Shown here: positions 1-9,130 of the stretch, piece after piece
Numbering within the stretch: the stretch's first letter is position 1
Layout: each line of letters starts with the position of its first letter
Assembly: GCA_965214835.1 (NCBI GenBank)
Contig: CBDCCK010000002.1
Location: forward strand, 32,001 to 96,000
DNA from: Nitrosopumilaceae archaeon
Lineage (GTDB): Archaea > Thermoproteota > Nitrososphaeria > Nitrososphaerales > Nitrosopumilaceae
Length of the DNA stretch: 64,000 bases
Reading direction: 5' to 3'
Notes under the pieces: generated by a model
Databases searched by the model: none
The model's input: the letters and a program-made list of their open reading frames with translations, nothing else
What the model was told of the DNA's origin: nothing
Program-made: the position numbers and the translations under genes

Positions 1-62
1 CAGACCTGGCATCAGATGCCCCATGCAAGCTCTACAAGGAGCACGCAAAGTCGCCGTCTGCA

Positions 63-2348
63 ATGGCATCACTTGCCGCGTCCTCAGACATAAAGACGTA
101 CGAGTCTGACATACGCGCATACGAGAACTATCTGTATGATCACTCTTTGATTTGCGGATGCCACTATAGATTCACCTCCGGCAACAGCAACGGCAGTAAC
201 AGTCACCTCCTCTCACCAGTAGATACCCAGGTTACTCCTGCAATCGGCGACTCCCTTGGCAAGATAATGTCAAATCTGGAATCAGAGCCCAAGCAGTACA
301 GACAGCACATACTGATGTGGGCCAGGCTGCTCAGCGAGTCCGTCCCGGACATGCGCCGCGCTGCAGTCGACATAGAGATCTCGATGGACGGACGACAATC
401 GCCGGACATGGAGGGCGTGCCGCACCGCGTCACGGCAATCGGGATACACGGGAGCGACATTGCCGTATCATACGTGCTTGATCCCGGATGCGATAATAAC
501 AACAGCGGCCGCCGGATCATAACTGAGAATGCCGTAGGTAATGACGGTGACGGCAAGTCTACGGCGCAAGTCATCCGGTATTCCAGCGAGGCGCAGATGA
601 TATCTGATGCAATAGCACGGTTGTCTGAATACCCGATCATACTCACGTACTATGGCGACGAGTTTGACCTGCCGTACCTGTACCGGCGCGCATCAAAGAT
701 CGGGGCGGGTCTTGACGGCCTGCTGGTGCGCTCGGGCGGCAGCACGTGCACCACTGCCAAGTCCATACACCTTGATCTGTACCGCTTTCTCAAGCAGGCA
801 TCAATCCAGAATTACGCGTTCAGCCACAGGTATTCTGAGTTCTCGCTTGATGCAGTGTGTCGCGCGCTTTTAGGCGAGGAGAAGACAGGCAGCGGCTCGC
901 AGACAGACTCGATGGATATAGATACGCTTGCCGCATACTGCCACCATGACGCGTACCTGACTTACAGGCTTACCACGTTTGCAGACAACATACTGCTGCA
1001 GCTGATGGTAATGATATCGCGCATATCAAAGCTGCCGCTTGATATCGTGTGCCGCACCGGAGTCTCCACCTGGATCAAGAGCATGTTGTATTATGAGCAC
1101 AGGCAGACTGGCGCAGTCATCCCGCGCGCCGACGAGCTGCAGGAGCGCGTCGGGGAGACTGCAGACGATGCCATAATGGCAGGCAAAAAGTACCGGGGCG
1201 GGCTGGTCCTGAAACCGGAGCCGGGCGTGCACTTTGGCGTTACGGTAATGGACTTTGCAAGCCTGTATCCCAGTATCATCAAGGTAAAGAACGTCTCGTA
1301 TGAGACAATCCGGTGCGTTCATGAGGAGTGCCGGGGCAACATCGTTCCTGGCACGCACCACTGGTCGTGCACAAAAAAGATGGGGATGCTTGCTGGTCTG
1401 GTCGGCTCACTCAAGGAGTTGCGCGTATCGCACTTCAAGCCGCTTGCCAGTGCTACTGGTAATGATATCACGGAGACTGAGCGCAGCCGCTATGACATCA
1501 TCGCCCAGGCCCTCAAGGTAATACTGAATGCCGCCTCTGGCGCAATGGGGTTCGAGTCGTTTCCGCTTTATTTTCTGCCGACCGCAGAGGTCATAACATC
1601 AAGCGGAAGGCAGGCCATAGCAGACGTTGCAGACAGGTGTCGCGAGCTGGGAGTCGGCGTCCTGTACGGGGATACTGACTCTGTATTTGTGAAATGCTCT
1701 GCCGAAGAGACGCTGATGGAGGTCATGCAGTATGCAGCTGATGCCCACCGCGTCGACCTCGAGATAGACAAGCAGTACAGGTATGTCGTGCTCAGCGACC
1801 GCAAAAAAAATTACTTTGGAGTCACCACGTCAGGAAAGGTCGACGTCAAGGGGCTTGCAGGCAAAAAGTCAAACACGCCGGCATGGGTCCGCTCCGTATT
1901 TTCCGGCATACTTGATACCGTTTCGCGCGTCTCCACACATGAGGAGTTTGATGCCGCAAAATCAGACGTCCAGCAGAAGATACGCGATGCGGTGGGATGC
2001 CTATATGACAATACGGTTCCTGTAGACAGCCTTGCTTACAACGTAAAAATGTCGCGCGCGACCGGCTCGTACACAAAGTCCATGCCGCAGCACGTCCGCG
2101 CGGCAAAAAGGCTGGAGGAGGCCACCGGCACCTCCGTCAGCCCCGGCGACACGATCAGGTACGTAAAGACCCAGACCGGGGAGCACGTCGCGCCCGTCGA
2201 GCTTGCACACATTGCCAGCATAGACCGCGCAAAGTATGTCGAGTGCCTCTCCTCCGTTCTGGCACCGGTCATAGAGCCAATGGATATGGACATGGACGTC
2301 ATACTCGGACATGGTAAACAGATCGCACTGGAGAGGTACTTCCAATGA
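63..2348 (+). CDS. polB: Family B DNA polymerase (archaeal PolB1-like), probably 5'-truncated by the window edge
   Basis: Exo I DIE, exo II YYGDEFDLPYL, exo III YCHHDA, motif A DFASLYPSII, motif B KVILNAASG, motif C YGDTDS, KKNYFG and a C-terminal PIP-like box QIALERYF. The frame stays open upstream to position 3. Confidence 0.97.
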   Translation: MASLAASSDIKTYESDIRAYENYLYDHSLICGCHYRFTSGNSNGSNSHLLSPVDTQVTPAIGDSLGKIMSNLESEPKQYRQHILMWARLLSESVPDMRRAAVDIEISMDGRQSPDMEGVPHRVTAIGIHGSDIAVSYVLDPGCDNNNSGRRIITENAVGNDGDGKSTAQVIRYSSEAQMISDAIARLSEYPIILTYYGDEFDLPYLYRRASKIGAGLDGLLVRSGGSTCTTAKSIHLDLYRFLKQASIQNYAFSHRYSEFSLDAVCRALLGEEKTGSGSQTDSMDIDTLAAYCHHDAYLTYRLTTFADNILLQLMVMISRISKLPLDIVCRTGVSTWIKSMLYYEHRQTGAVIPRADELQERVGETADDAIMAGKKYRGGLVLKPEPGVHFGVTVMDFASLYPSIIKVKNVSYETIRCVHEECRGNIVPGTHHWSCTKKMGMLAGLVGSLKELRVSHFKPLASATGNDITETERSRYDIIAQALKVILNAASGAMGFESFPLYFLPTAEVITSSGRQAIADVADRCRELGVGVLYGDTDSVFVKCSAEETLMEVMQYAADAHRVDLEIDKQYRYVVLSDRKKNYFGVTTSGKVDVKGLAGKKSNTPAWVRSVFSGILDTVSRVSTHEEFDAAKSDVQQKIRDAVGCLYDNTVPVDSLAYNVKMSRATGSYTKSMPQHVRAAKRLEEATGTSVSPGDTIRYVKTQTGEHVAPVELAHIASIDRAKYVECLSSVLAPVIEPMDMDMDVILGHGKQIALERYFQ

Positions 2349-2439
2349 GCCAGTATGTGATCTGCGTCAAAAATCGCAGCAGACTGCCGCATCCTGGACG
2401 CAGCGTGCCTGTCCCGGCTGAACAGGCCACAAGCCCTGG

Positions 2440-3722
2440 AAATGTGGCAATATTGCCACATTTGTGGAGTGGTAAAGTCGTCAGATTCCGTGGAAAATGT
2501 GGCAAATTGCCACATTTGGGTCTGGCCTCCACAAAACCGTGGAAAATGTGGCAATATTGCCACATTTGGGTAGCAATCTCCAGAATGCAGTCCAGAACCC
2601 GCTCTAGGAGGCCAGAAAATGTGGCAATATTGCCACATTCAGACTGTATGGCCACGGTTACGCGCCTTGGCCGCCTGCAAGACGCCAGAAAATGTGGCAA
2701 ATTGCCACATTCAGGGGTCATATCCAAAGCAGGCAAGACCGATACACACAGGAAAATGTGGCAAATTGCCACATTCAGACTGCCTTGCGCCGGAGGTAAA
2801 CTTGTGCCAGAATCGGCAAAAATGTGGCAAATTGCCACATTTGCATCCGGCCTGCCTGCAAGCCTTGAGAAATGTGGCAATATTGCCACATTCTGGCAAA
2901 GTCGCCTTTATCGTTCTGTAAAATGTGGCAAATTGCCACATTCTGACACCGGCGATAGCCTGAAGAATCCCCTAAAATGTGGCAATATTGCCACATTTGC
3001 ATCCGGCCTGCCTGCAAGCCTTGAGAAATGTGGCAAATTGCCACATTCTGACACCGGCGGTAGCCTGAAGAATCCCCTAAAATGTGGCAATATTGCCACA
3101 TTTGCATCCGGCCTGCCTGCAAGCCTTGAGAAATGTGGCAAATTGCCACATTCTGACACCGGCGGTAGCCTGAAGAATCCCCTAAAATGTGGCAATATTG
3201 CCACATTCTGGCAGCCGTTACATGATTGTGAGATCAGGTCGTGTAAAATGTGGCAAATTGCCACATTTGAGAGGCGGCAGGACTGCCCCGGAACCACTGC
3301 GGAATCCTCAAAATGTGGCAATATTGCCACATTCTGGCGGCCTTTGCACCGCCGTAGGCCAATGCCTCCTCAAAGGCTCCGTAAAATGTGGCAATATTGC
3401 CACATTTGGGCTGAGGCGTGCCTGCATTGGAGTCAGACCTCTCCCAGAGGGTCAGAAAATGTGGCAATATTGCCACATTCTGGCAGGCTTGGGAAGGCAT
3501 TCAAAAAATGTGGCAAATTGCCACATTTGCGTCTGGCCTCTCTGAATCCTTGGAAAATGTGGCAATATTGCCACATTCTGGCGGCACTGTCACGGCCCGC
3601 CGCCGGATCCGCCTGCAAAGCGCTGGAAAATGTGGCAATATTGCCACATTCTGGCTGTGGTGAGCCGGCCACCTGGCCAGACACCTTGCAGAGCCTTGAA
3701 AATGTGGCAATATTGCCACATT
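2440..3722. repeat. Array of 22 palindromic repeats AAATGTGGCAA(T)ATTGCCACATT(T/C) with variable 25-50 bp spacers
   Basis: Counted 22 copies directly. The 24-bp form AAATGTGGCAATATTGCCACATTT is a perfect palindrome. Two spacers recur about three times each in a 105-bp unit (about 2840-3200). Confidence 0.97.
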
Positions 3723-3737
3723 CTACCCCCTCCTGCC

Positions 3738-4130
3738 TGTTCCAAAGTTCCAGAGAATCTCAATTCCATTTTCAGGCACAAATGTTCCAAAGTTCCAGAG
3801 AATTCGAATTCCATTTTTGCCTGTTCCAAAGTTCCAGAGGATCCCAATTCCATTTTCAGGCACAAATGTTCCAAAGTTCCAGAGAATTCGAATTCCATTT
3901 TTGCCTGTTCCAAAGTTCCAGAGGATCCCAATTCCATTTTCAGGCACAAATGTTCCAAAGTTCCAGAGAATTCGAATTCCATTTTTGCCTGTTCCAAAGT
4001 TCCAGAGGATCCCAATTCCATTTTCAGGCACAAATGTTCCAAAGTTCCAGAGAATTCGAATTCCATTTTTGCCTGTTCCAAAGTTCCAGAGAATTCGAAT
4101 TCCATTTTGGGGGTGTTCCAAAGTTCCAGA
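3738..4130. repeat. Tandem array of 10 TGTTCCAAAGTTCCAGA motifs in alternating 45/39-bp units (84-bp super-period)
   Basis: Motif starts at 3738, 3783, 3822, 3867, 3906, 3951, 3990, 4035, 4074 and 4114. Confidence 0.97.
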
Positions 4131-4266
4131 TGGGGAGTGCCTGCTTAGGGAGCCGGAGTCATGAACAGGGAAGAGCGAAGGATGATCCGCGAGGAAATCA
4201 GGCATCTCAGGGCGCAGAAAAGGAGATCGAGGCTCATATCAGACGGAAACTGGAGGATCTGAAAAA

Positions 4267-4452
4267 ATGAAATCCGATCTGAAAAAGGCATCAGAAGAAG
4301 TGACCATATCATTGGAGCATATAGCTGGCGCACTGGCATGTATTGACATGGGTGAGTTTCCGAAAATGGATGATCAACTAAAGAAACAACTACTGGAACT
4401 GTCTACGGTGGCTGCTGCGTTGGATACCATATGGGAGGAGAATGAAAAATAA
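4267..4452 (+). CDS. Small hypothetical protein
   Basis: 61-aa ORF with overlapping start/stop coupling on both sides. Confidence 0.6.
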   Translation: MKSDLKKASEEVTISLEHIAGALACIDMGEFPKMDDQLKKQLLELSTVAAALDTIWEENEK

Positions 4453-4628
4453 TGCACATGTGGAAGGTTTTGCGTCTGGACAGTGAAGGAACATGGTATC
4501 CGGACACGTTTGATAACAAGGAAAGCGCGATGAAAGGGCTGGAGCGGGAACTGACCAAGGACTTTATCCGTGTAGAGATACTGGACATAACAGTACCAGA
4601 CGACGAGGAGGTTGATGCCGATGCCTGA
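4452..4628 (+). CDS. Small hypothetical protein (MHMWKVLRLDSEG...)
   Basis: TAATG overlap with the upstream ORF; 58 aa, translated by hand. Confidence 0.55.
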   Translation: MHMWKVLRLDSEGTWYPDTFDNKESAMKGLERELTKDFIRVEILDITVPDDEEVDADA

Positions 4629-4782
4629 TCCCATCTGCGACGGCTGCGGCGAGCGATACCTTCCTGGCACCGGCCGGGAGGGATACTGCGCTGCCTGCAA
4701 GGCCGAGTTTGACCGGGATTTCGAGGCCGACATCTCCCGGGTAAAAAGAGCGATAAAGAAAGAGGTTGATGCCGATGCCTGA
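4621..4782 (+). CDS. Small Zn-finger protein (CDGC...CAAC)
   Basis: Hand translation MPDPICDGCGERYLPGTGREGYCAACKAEF...; preceded by a GAGGT ribosome-binding site. Confidence 0.6.
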   Translation: MPDPICDGCGERYLPGTGREGYCAACKAEFDRDFEADISRVKRAIKKEVDADA

Positions 4783-5980
4783 CATTCCGATTGATGACAT
4801 AGTGATTGGCACGCGCTTTCGCGGCGACGTGGGGGACATCACGCAGCTTGCCGAGTCAATCAGCGATATAGGCCTGCTACACCCAATAGTCCTTGATTCA
4901 GACCACAGACTCATTGCCGGACTGCGCCGCATCGAGGCATACAAGCATCTGGGGCTTGCGAGCATACCATACCATGCCGTCGGCAACAACAAGGACAGCC
5001 CCGAATGTGAAATCCATGAAAACAGCCTCCGAAAATCATTTGGCATAAGCGAGGTCGTCTCGATATTCAACCATGTCAAGGAGTCAAAAAAGCAAAAGCC
5101 TGAAAAGGAAAAAGATGATGCGGTGACTGCCGAAACCCCCGGTGACGCACCGGGTAAAAACGGCAAAAATAACGGCCGCACCCGCGACGTGGTATCTGCC
5201 ATTACAGGATACAGCCCCCGGCAGGTGCAAAAGATGTCGGATCTGGTAAAGCGCGCCGGCCAAAAGCCAGAGTACTGCAAGCTGTTGCAGGACGTCGAAT
5301 CAGGCAAAAAATCAGTAAACACCGCACACAAGATAGCCATGCGCGAGGAGCGCGCGATGCCAAAGGCCGAGATGCCCGACGGCATATACGACGTGATTTT
5401 GTGCGACGTGCCAATCCGGTATGATACCACCACGCGTTCGGACGGGGCTGCCGACCACTATTCCATGATGACAGTCGACGAGTTGTGTGAGCTTCAGGTG
5501 CCGGCTGCGGCCAACGCCGTCATCTTCTTCTGGATGTCTCCATCGATAATGTATGATACCGTCCCCCGGCAGGTTGCCATAACAGACGAGGAGGGCGGCG
5601 GCATGATCCAGGGAACGGTTGATGTCCCCGTGTACAAGGCCATACTGGATTCATGGGGATTCACCCGTGTAAAGGGGGAGTTCAGCTGGGACAAGGAGAA
5701 GATGGGCAGCGGGTATATCGTGCGCGGCCAGCACGAGAACTGCATCATTGCGCACCGCGGCAGGATGCCGGCGCCTGCCGAGTCATTCCCGTCTGTCATC
5801 CGCGCGCCCCGCCGGCAGTTTTCGCGCAAGCCCGACGAGATGTACGGTATCATAGAGAGGATGTATCCGGGCAGGCACAAATATCTGGAGCTGTTTGCGC
5901 GACAGCAGCACAGCCCCGCATGGGACACGTACGGGAACCAGACGGCTCACTTTGAGGAGGGGGGTGCCGGCGATGAGTGA
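4766..5980 (+). CDS. ParB/Srx N-terminal domain fused to an MT-A70-like (N6-adenine) methyltransferase domain
   Basis: ParB box (LAESISDIGLLHPIVL, IAGLRRIEA, ENSLRK). MT-A70 features: YDVILCDVP, HYSMMT, FFW, W.K...G.GY..RGQHE, SRKP, LELFAR. The catalytic DPPW motif reads DVPI. Confidence 0.88.
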   Translation: MMPMPDIPIDDIVIGTRFRGDVGDITQLAESISDIGLLHPIVLDSDHRLIAGLRRIEAYKHLGLASIPYHAVGNNKDSPECEIHENSLRKSFGISEVVSIFNHVKESKKQKPEKEKDDAVTAETPGDAPGKNGKNNGRTRDVVSAITGYSPRQVQKMSDLVKRAGQKPEYCKLLQDVESGKKSVNTAHKIAMREERAMPKAEMPDGIYDVILCDVPIRYDTTTRSDGAADHYSMMTVDELCELQVPAAANAVIFFWMSPSIMYDTVPRQVAITDEEGGGMIQGTVDVPVYKAILDSWGFTRVKGEFSWDKEKMGSGYIVRGQHENCIIAHRGRMPAPAESFPSVIRAPRRQFSRKPDEMYGIIERMYPGRHKYLELFARQQHSPAWDTYGNQTAHFEEGGAGDE

Positions 5981-6917
5981 TCTTGAAGGTGTCGCATCGC
6001 GCATAACAGATGAGACCCCCATGATCTCCCTTGAGCACACCGGCGAGATCCTCGCGTATGTCGACGGCGCATACGTGCCCGGCGGCGAGATCATAGTCGA
6101 GCAGTCCTGCGAGGAGCTGATACCCGACTGCACGACTGAGGCCCGCGAATCCGTCCTGGAGATCGTCCGCCGCGCCACCGTGACCCCGCGCATGTGCTGC
6201 GATCCCCCCGGCCTCCTGGTGTGCTCAAACGGCCTGCTCGATCTGCACACCATGAGCATCGAGTCCCACTCGCCGCTTGTCCGGTGCAGGACAAAGCTTG
6301 ACGTGGAATACGACCCGTGCGCCAGGGCGCCGCAGTACACGGACATGATATACCGGATTCTGCCTGACGGGCCCTCCCGCGAGGCCCTGCACCGGGCCTT
6401 TGGTTCTGCGCTGCTCAGGGCGTCCTGTCCCCCTCCCGCCCCCGCCCTGCTGCTTGGCGGCGCTGCAGGCGTCGAGGGGCACGACCTGGTGCTCGGAATC
6501 ATGGAGCGCGTACTCGGCCCCAGGAATGTCGCGCACCTCAGGCCGTCAGACGTCATGCACCACCCGTACATGAGATCCCAGCTTGACGGCAGGATTGCCA
6601 GCATATCAAGGTATAACACGGTCTCGGAGCTGCTGCACGTCGCACACGGAAGAGGCATCCTTGCCTCGCCTGCGCTTGCCGTGCAGCAAAAGGGCGCAGG
6701 CCAGTACCTCATACCAAACCACGCCCGCCTGTTTCTCTCATGTAATGACCCGCGCCCGCCTGCGCGCATCCTGTCCCATTTTGGCTGCGTGATACGATTT
6801 TCTGACTGCGGCGACTGCGGGGCGGACTCTGATTTGGATTCCCTGCTTGCCGGCCCCGAAAGATCCGGCATATTGAACCTGCTCATCGAGGCGGCCGGCG
6901 GAGGTGCCATACAGTGA
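5973..6917 (+). CDS. Degenerate D5-like SF3 helicase paralogue (Walker A lost)
   Basis: Collinear with the downstream helicase (EILAYVDGAYVPGGE, NGLLDL, NHARLFLSCN), but GEGANGKS is replaced by GAAGVEGHD. Confidence 0.8.
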   Translation: MSDLEGVASRITDETPMISLEHTGEILAYVDGAYVPGGEIIVEQSCEELIPDCTTEARESVLEIVRRATVTPRMCCDPPGLLVCSNGLLDLHTMSIESHSPLVRCRTKLDVEYDPCARAPQYTDMIYRILPDGPSREALHRAFGSALLRASCPPPAPALLLGGAAGVEGHDLVLGIMERVLGPRNVAHLRPSDVMHHPYMRSQLDGRIASISRYNTVSELLHVAHGRGILASPALAVQQKGAGQYLIPNHARLFLSCNDPRPPARILSHFGCVIRFSDCGDCGADSDLDSLLAGPERSGILNLLIEAAGGGAIQ

Positions 6918-9130
6918 GCGGCAGCACGCACGCAGAAAAGTTCGGCTGCACTGCCAGGATGATCGACGACTTTCTGCACAGGTGTGTCAGGCAGAATCAC
7001 GGGATACTGTCAGCCAGGTGCAGCGCCGGGACGCACGACATAGATCCCGAGAGGCCCGCGTACGTCTTTGCCGGCGAGACAGGCAACCTGACTGACTCGT
7101 ACTGCCACATGGCAGAGTGCTTTCTGTCCGTGCTGGATCCTGCGACGATAAGGTCCATGCATGATGGCGGCAACCGCAGTAGTAGTGGTGGTGGTAATAA
7201 CGGCGACAGGAAGACTCCTGCCGCTGCCGCTGCCGCCTCTGCGGCCCGCCGTGGAAGCGCGTCGCCCGTAAAGCGCAGGCGCGTCTCGTACCAGTGCTTT
7301 GACTGCGACAACCGCCGGGGCTCATACAAGGACTTTGAGGAGTGCCGACGCCTCCGGCACGACGTCGTCCCGTACTCGGAGGGCCCTCCGCCCCCGTCGA
7401 CGTCGCCGTCCCCCTCAGGGGATTCGGCTGCGGCAGCCGCAGCGGGTGGTGACAGGACTGCGGCTGCCGCAACAACCGCAGGTGGCGGCGGTAATGGCGA
7501 CAGGCCGACTCATACGGATCACGCGATGGCAATCATGGCAGACTATAATTTTTTGACCCTGAATGACACCCGCGAGATACTCGTGTACCGCGACGGCGTG
7601 TACGTGGCCGGCGGCGACATCGTAATAGAGGAGGAGGCAGAGCGCCGCGTCCCCGACTGCGCTACCGTCATGCGCAAGGAGATCCAGAATACCATACGGG
7701 CGCACACGTACGTTGACAGGAGGCTGTTTGATTCTGATGACTCCAAGCTGGTGGTTGAAAACGGCGTGCTTGACCTGGTTACGGGCAAGCTCGGCGCGCA
7801 CACGCCGCACGAGCCGTGCCGCATAAAGCTCAACGTCGCCTATGATCCGGACGCCCTGTCACCCCACTATGACGAATTTATGAGCCGCGTCGTCCCCGAC
7901 GAGGAGGACCGCCTCACCCTGCACGAGTTATTTGGCGCGGCGCTGTTGCGCAACTCGCCTAATCTGGAAAAGATAACGATGTGCACCGGCGAGGGCGCCA
8001 ACGGAAAGTCGACGCTGCTCGGCGTGTACAACGACATACTTGGAAACCAGAACGTGGCGCACGTCTCCATACACGACCTGATAAACCACAGGTTCATGCG
8101 CTCGAACCTTGACGGCAAGCTGGCAAACATCTATGCGGACATCAGCAACAACGAGCTGGAGCACATGGGAGTGGTAAAGTCGCTTGTCACAGGTGAGACT
8201 GTGACCGTCGAGAAAAAGGGCACCAACAGCTTTGACATTGAGAACCACGCAAAGCTCATCTTCAGTTGCAACCGCCTGCCGGAGATATCAGAAGACAGTG
8301 ATGCCATATTCAGGCGCTTTGTGATAATACCGTTTACCGTCAGGATACCCGAGGATGAGCGCAACCCGGCCCTCAAGGGAGAGCTGCTAAAGGAAAAGTC
8401 GGGGATATTCAACATACTGCTGAAATGCGCGCTGGAAGTCAGGCGCGCCGGCGCGCTGACTCACGGCGGCACAACAATGGAGACGCGCCGCGCCTGGAAG
8501 GGTATGGCCGATCCCGTCGAGGGCTTTTCTGCCGGTCATCTGTCCAGGGAGCCCGGACACAACGAGCCAAAGTCGGCCGTGTACGAGGCGTACGTGGCGT
8601 GGTGCAGCAACGCCGACCTCAAGCCCAAGACCAAGCAGGCCTTCTCTGCGCGCATGGAGCGGCTCAAGTACAGGTGGGGCAAGGCGCGCATTGACGGTAA
8701 GTCAGTCAACGCGTGGCTGGACGTCCGCTTATTTTCCGGCGAGCAGGCAGGCGATCCGACCGTGGCAGGTGGCGGTGGTGGTGATGATGATGGCATCGGT
8801 GGTGGTGATGATATCTTGCGGCCTGCGGCAGGTGGCGGTGGCAGCAGCAGTGGTAGTGGTGATGATGATAGTGGGACTGCTGACGGCAGTAGCAGTGACC
8901 GCCCCGGTGATGATTCAAAGCGATGGTCCGAGATGGTGCCCGAGTCCGAGATGGTGCCCGGCACCACATACTATGAGTGCCGCACGTGCGGCGCCGGCCC
9001 GTACACCGGCGGTGCCACCGGCATCGGCGGGCGCCTCATCTCCGACGTCCACCGCTCCATGGGACACGACTATGGGCCGTGTAAGGATGCAAAAAAGGAC
9101 GGGAAGGAGGATGGTGACGGCGGCACATGA
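6914..9130 (+). CDS. D5/P4-family SF3 DNA helicase with N- and C-terminal Zn-finger-like motifs
   Basis: D5_N region, Walker A GEGANGKST, KLIFSCNRLP, AIFRRF, winged-helix-like C-terminal region, low-complexity Gly/Asp linkers. GTG start overlaps the upstream stop. Confidence 0.93.
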   Translation: MSGSTHAEKFGCTARMIDDFLHRCVRQNHGILSARCSAGTHDIDPERPAYVFAGETGNLTDSYCHMAECFLSVLDPATIRSMHDGGNRSSSGGGNNGDRKTPAAAAAASAARRGSASPVKRRRVSYQCFDCDNRRGSYKDFEECRRLRHDVVPYSEGPPPPSTSPSPSGDSAAAAAAGGDRTAAAATTAGGGGNGDRPTHTDHAMAIMADYNFLTLNDTREILVYRDGVYVAGGDIVIEEEAERRVPDCATVMRKEIQNTIRAHTYVDRRLFDSDDSKLVVENGVLDLVTGKLGAHTPHEPCRIKLNVAYDPDALSPHYDEFMSRVVPDEEDRLTLHELFGAALLRNSPNLEKITMCTGEGANGKSTLLGVYNDILGNQNVAHVSIHDLINHRFMRSNLDGKLANIYADISNNELEHMGVVKSLVTGETVTVEKKGTNSFDIENHAKLIFSCNRLPEISEDSDAIFRRFVIIPFTVRIPEDERNPALKGELLKEKSGIFNILLKCALEVRRAGALTHGGTTMETRRAWKGMADPVEGFSAGHLSREPGHNEPKSAVYEAYVAWCSNADLKPKTKQAFSARMERLKYRWGKARIDGKSVNAWLDVRLFSGEQAGDPTVAGGGGGDDDGIGGGDDILRPAAGGGGSSSGSGDDDSGTADGSSSDRPGDDSKRWSEMVPESEMVPGTTYYECRTCGAGPYTGGATGIGGRLISDVHRSMGHDYGPCKDAKKDGKEDGDGGT

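Larger units (their letters stand above)
2345..4270 (+). other. 641-codon open frame spanning both repeat arrays; protein function doubtful
   Basis: ATGA overlaps with the polB stop and with the next gene start. The palindrome is read in all three frames, so it does not look like a protein repeat. Confidence 0.3.

Noticed and set aside
2440-3722. Calling the palindrome array a bona fide CRISPR
   Set aside because: The spacers vary from about 25 to 50 bp in three size classes and some are repeated. The repeat is a full palindrome without a typical 3' end such as GAAA(C/G), and no leader or cas gene is visible.
2036-4205. Many overlapping ORFs on both strands across the repeat arrays
   Set aside because: They are by-products of stop-free palindromic repeats and show no protein-like features.
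4161-4270. Programmed frameshift in a small ORF (MNREERRMIREEIRHLRAQK / EIEAHIRRKLEDLKK)
   Set aside because: A single missing A in a short A-run explains it equally well as mutation or assembly error; no slippery-site structure is evident.
8760-8910. GGT/GAT/AGT trinucleotide runs (also 7170-7240, 42606-42626, 54376-54420) as functional DNA repeats
   Set aside because: They are in-frame low-complexity linkers inside proteins.
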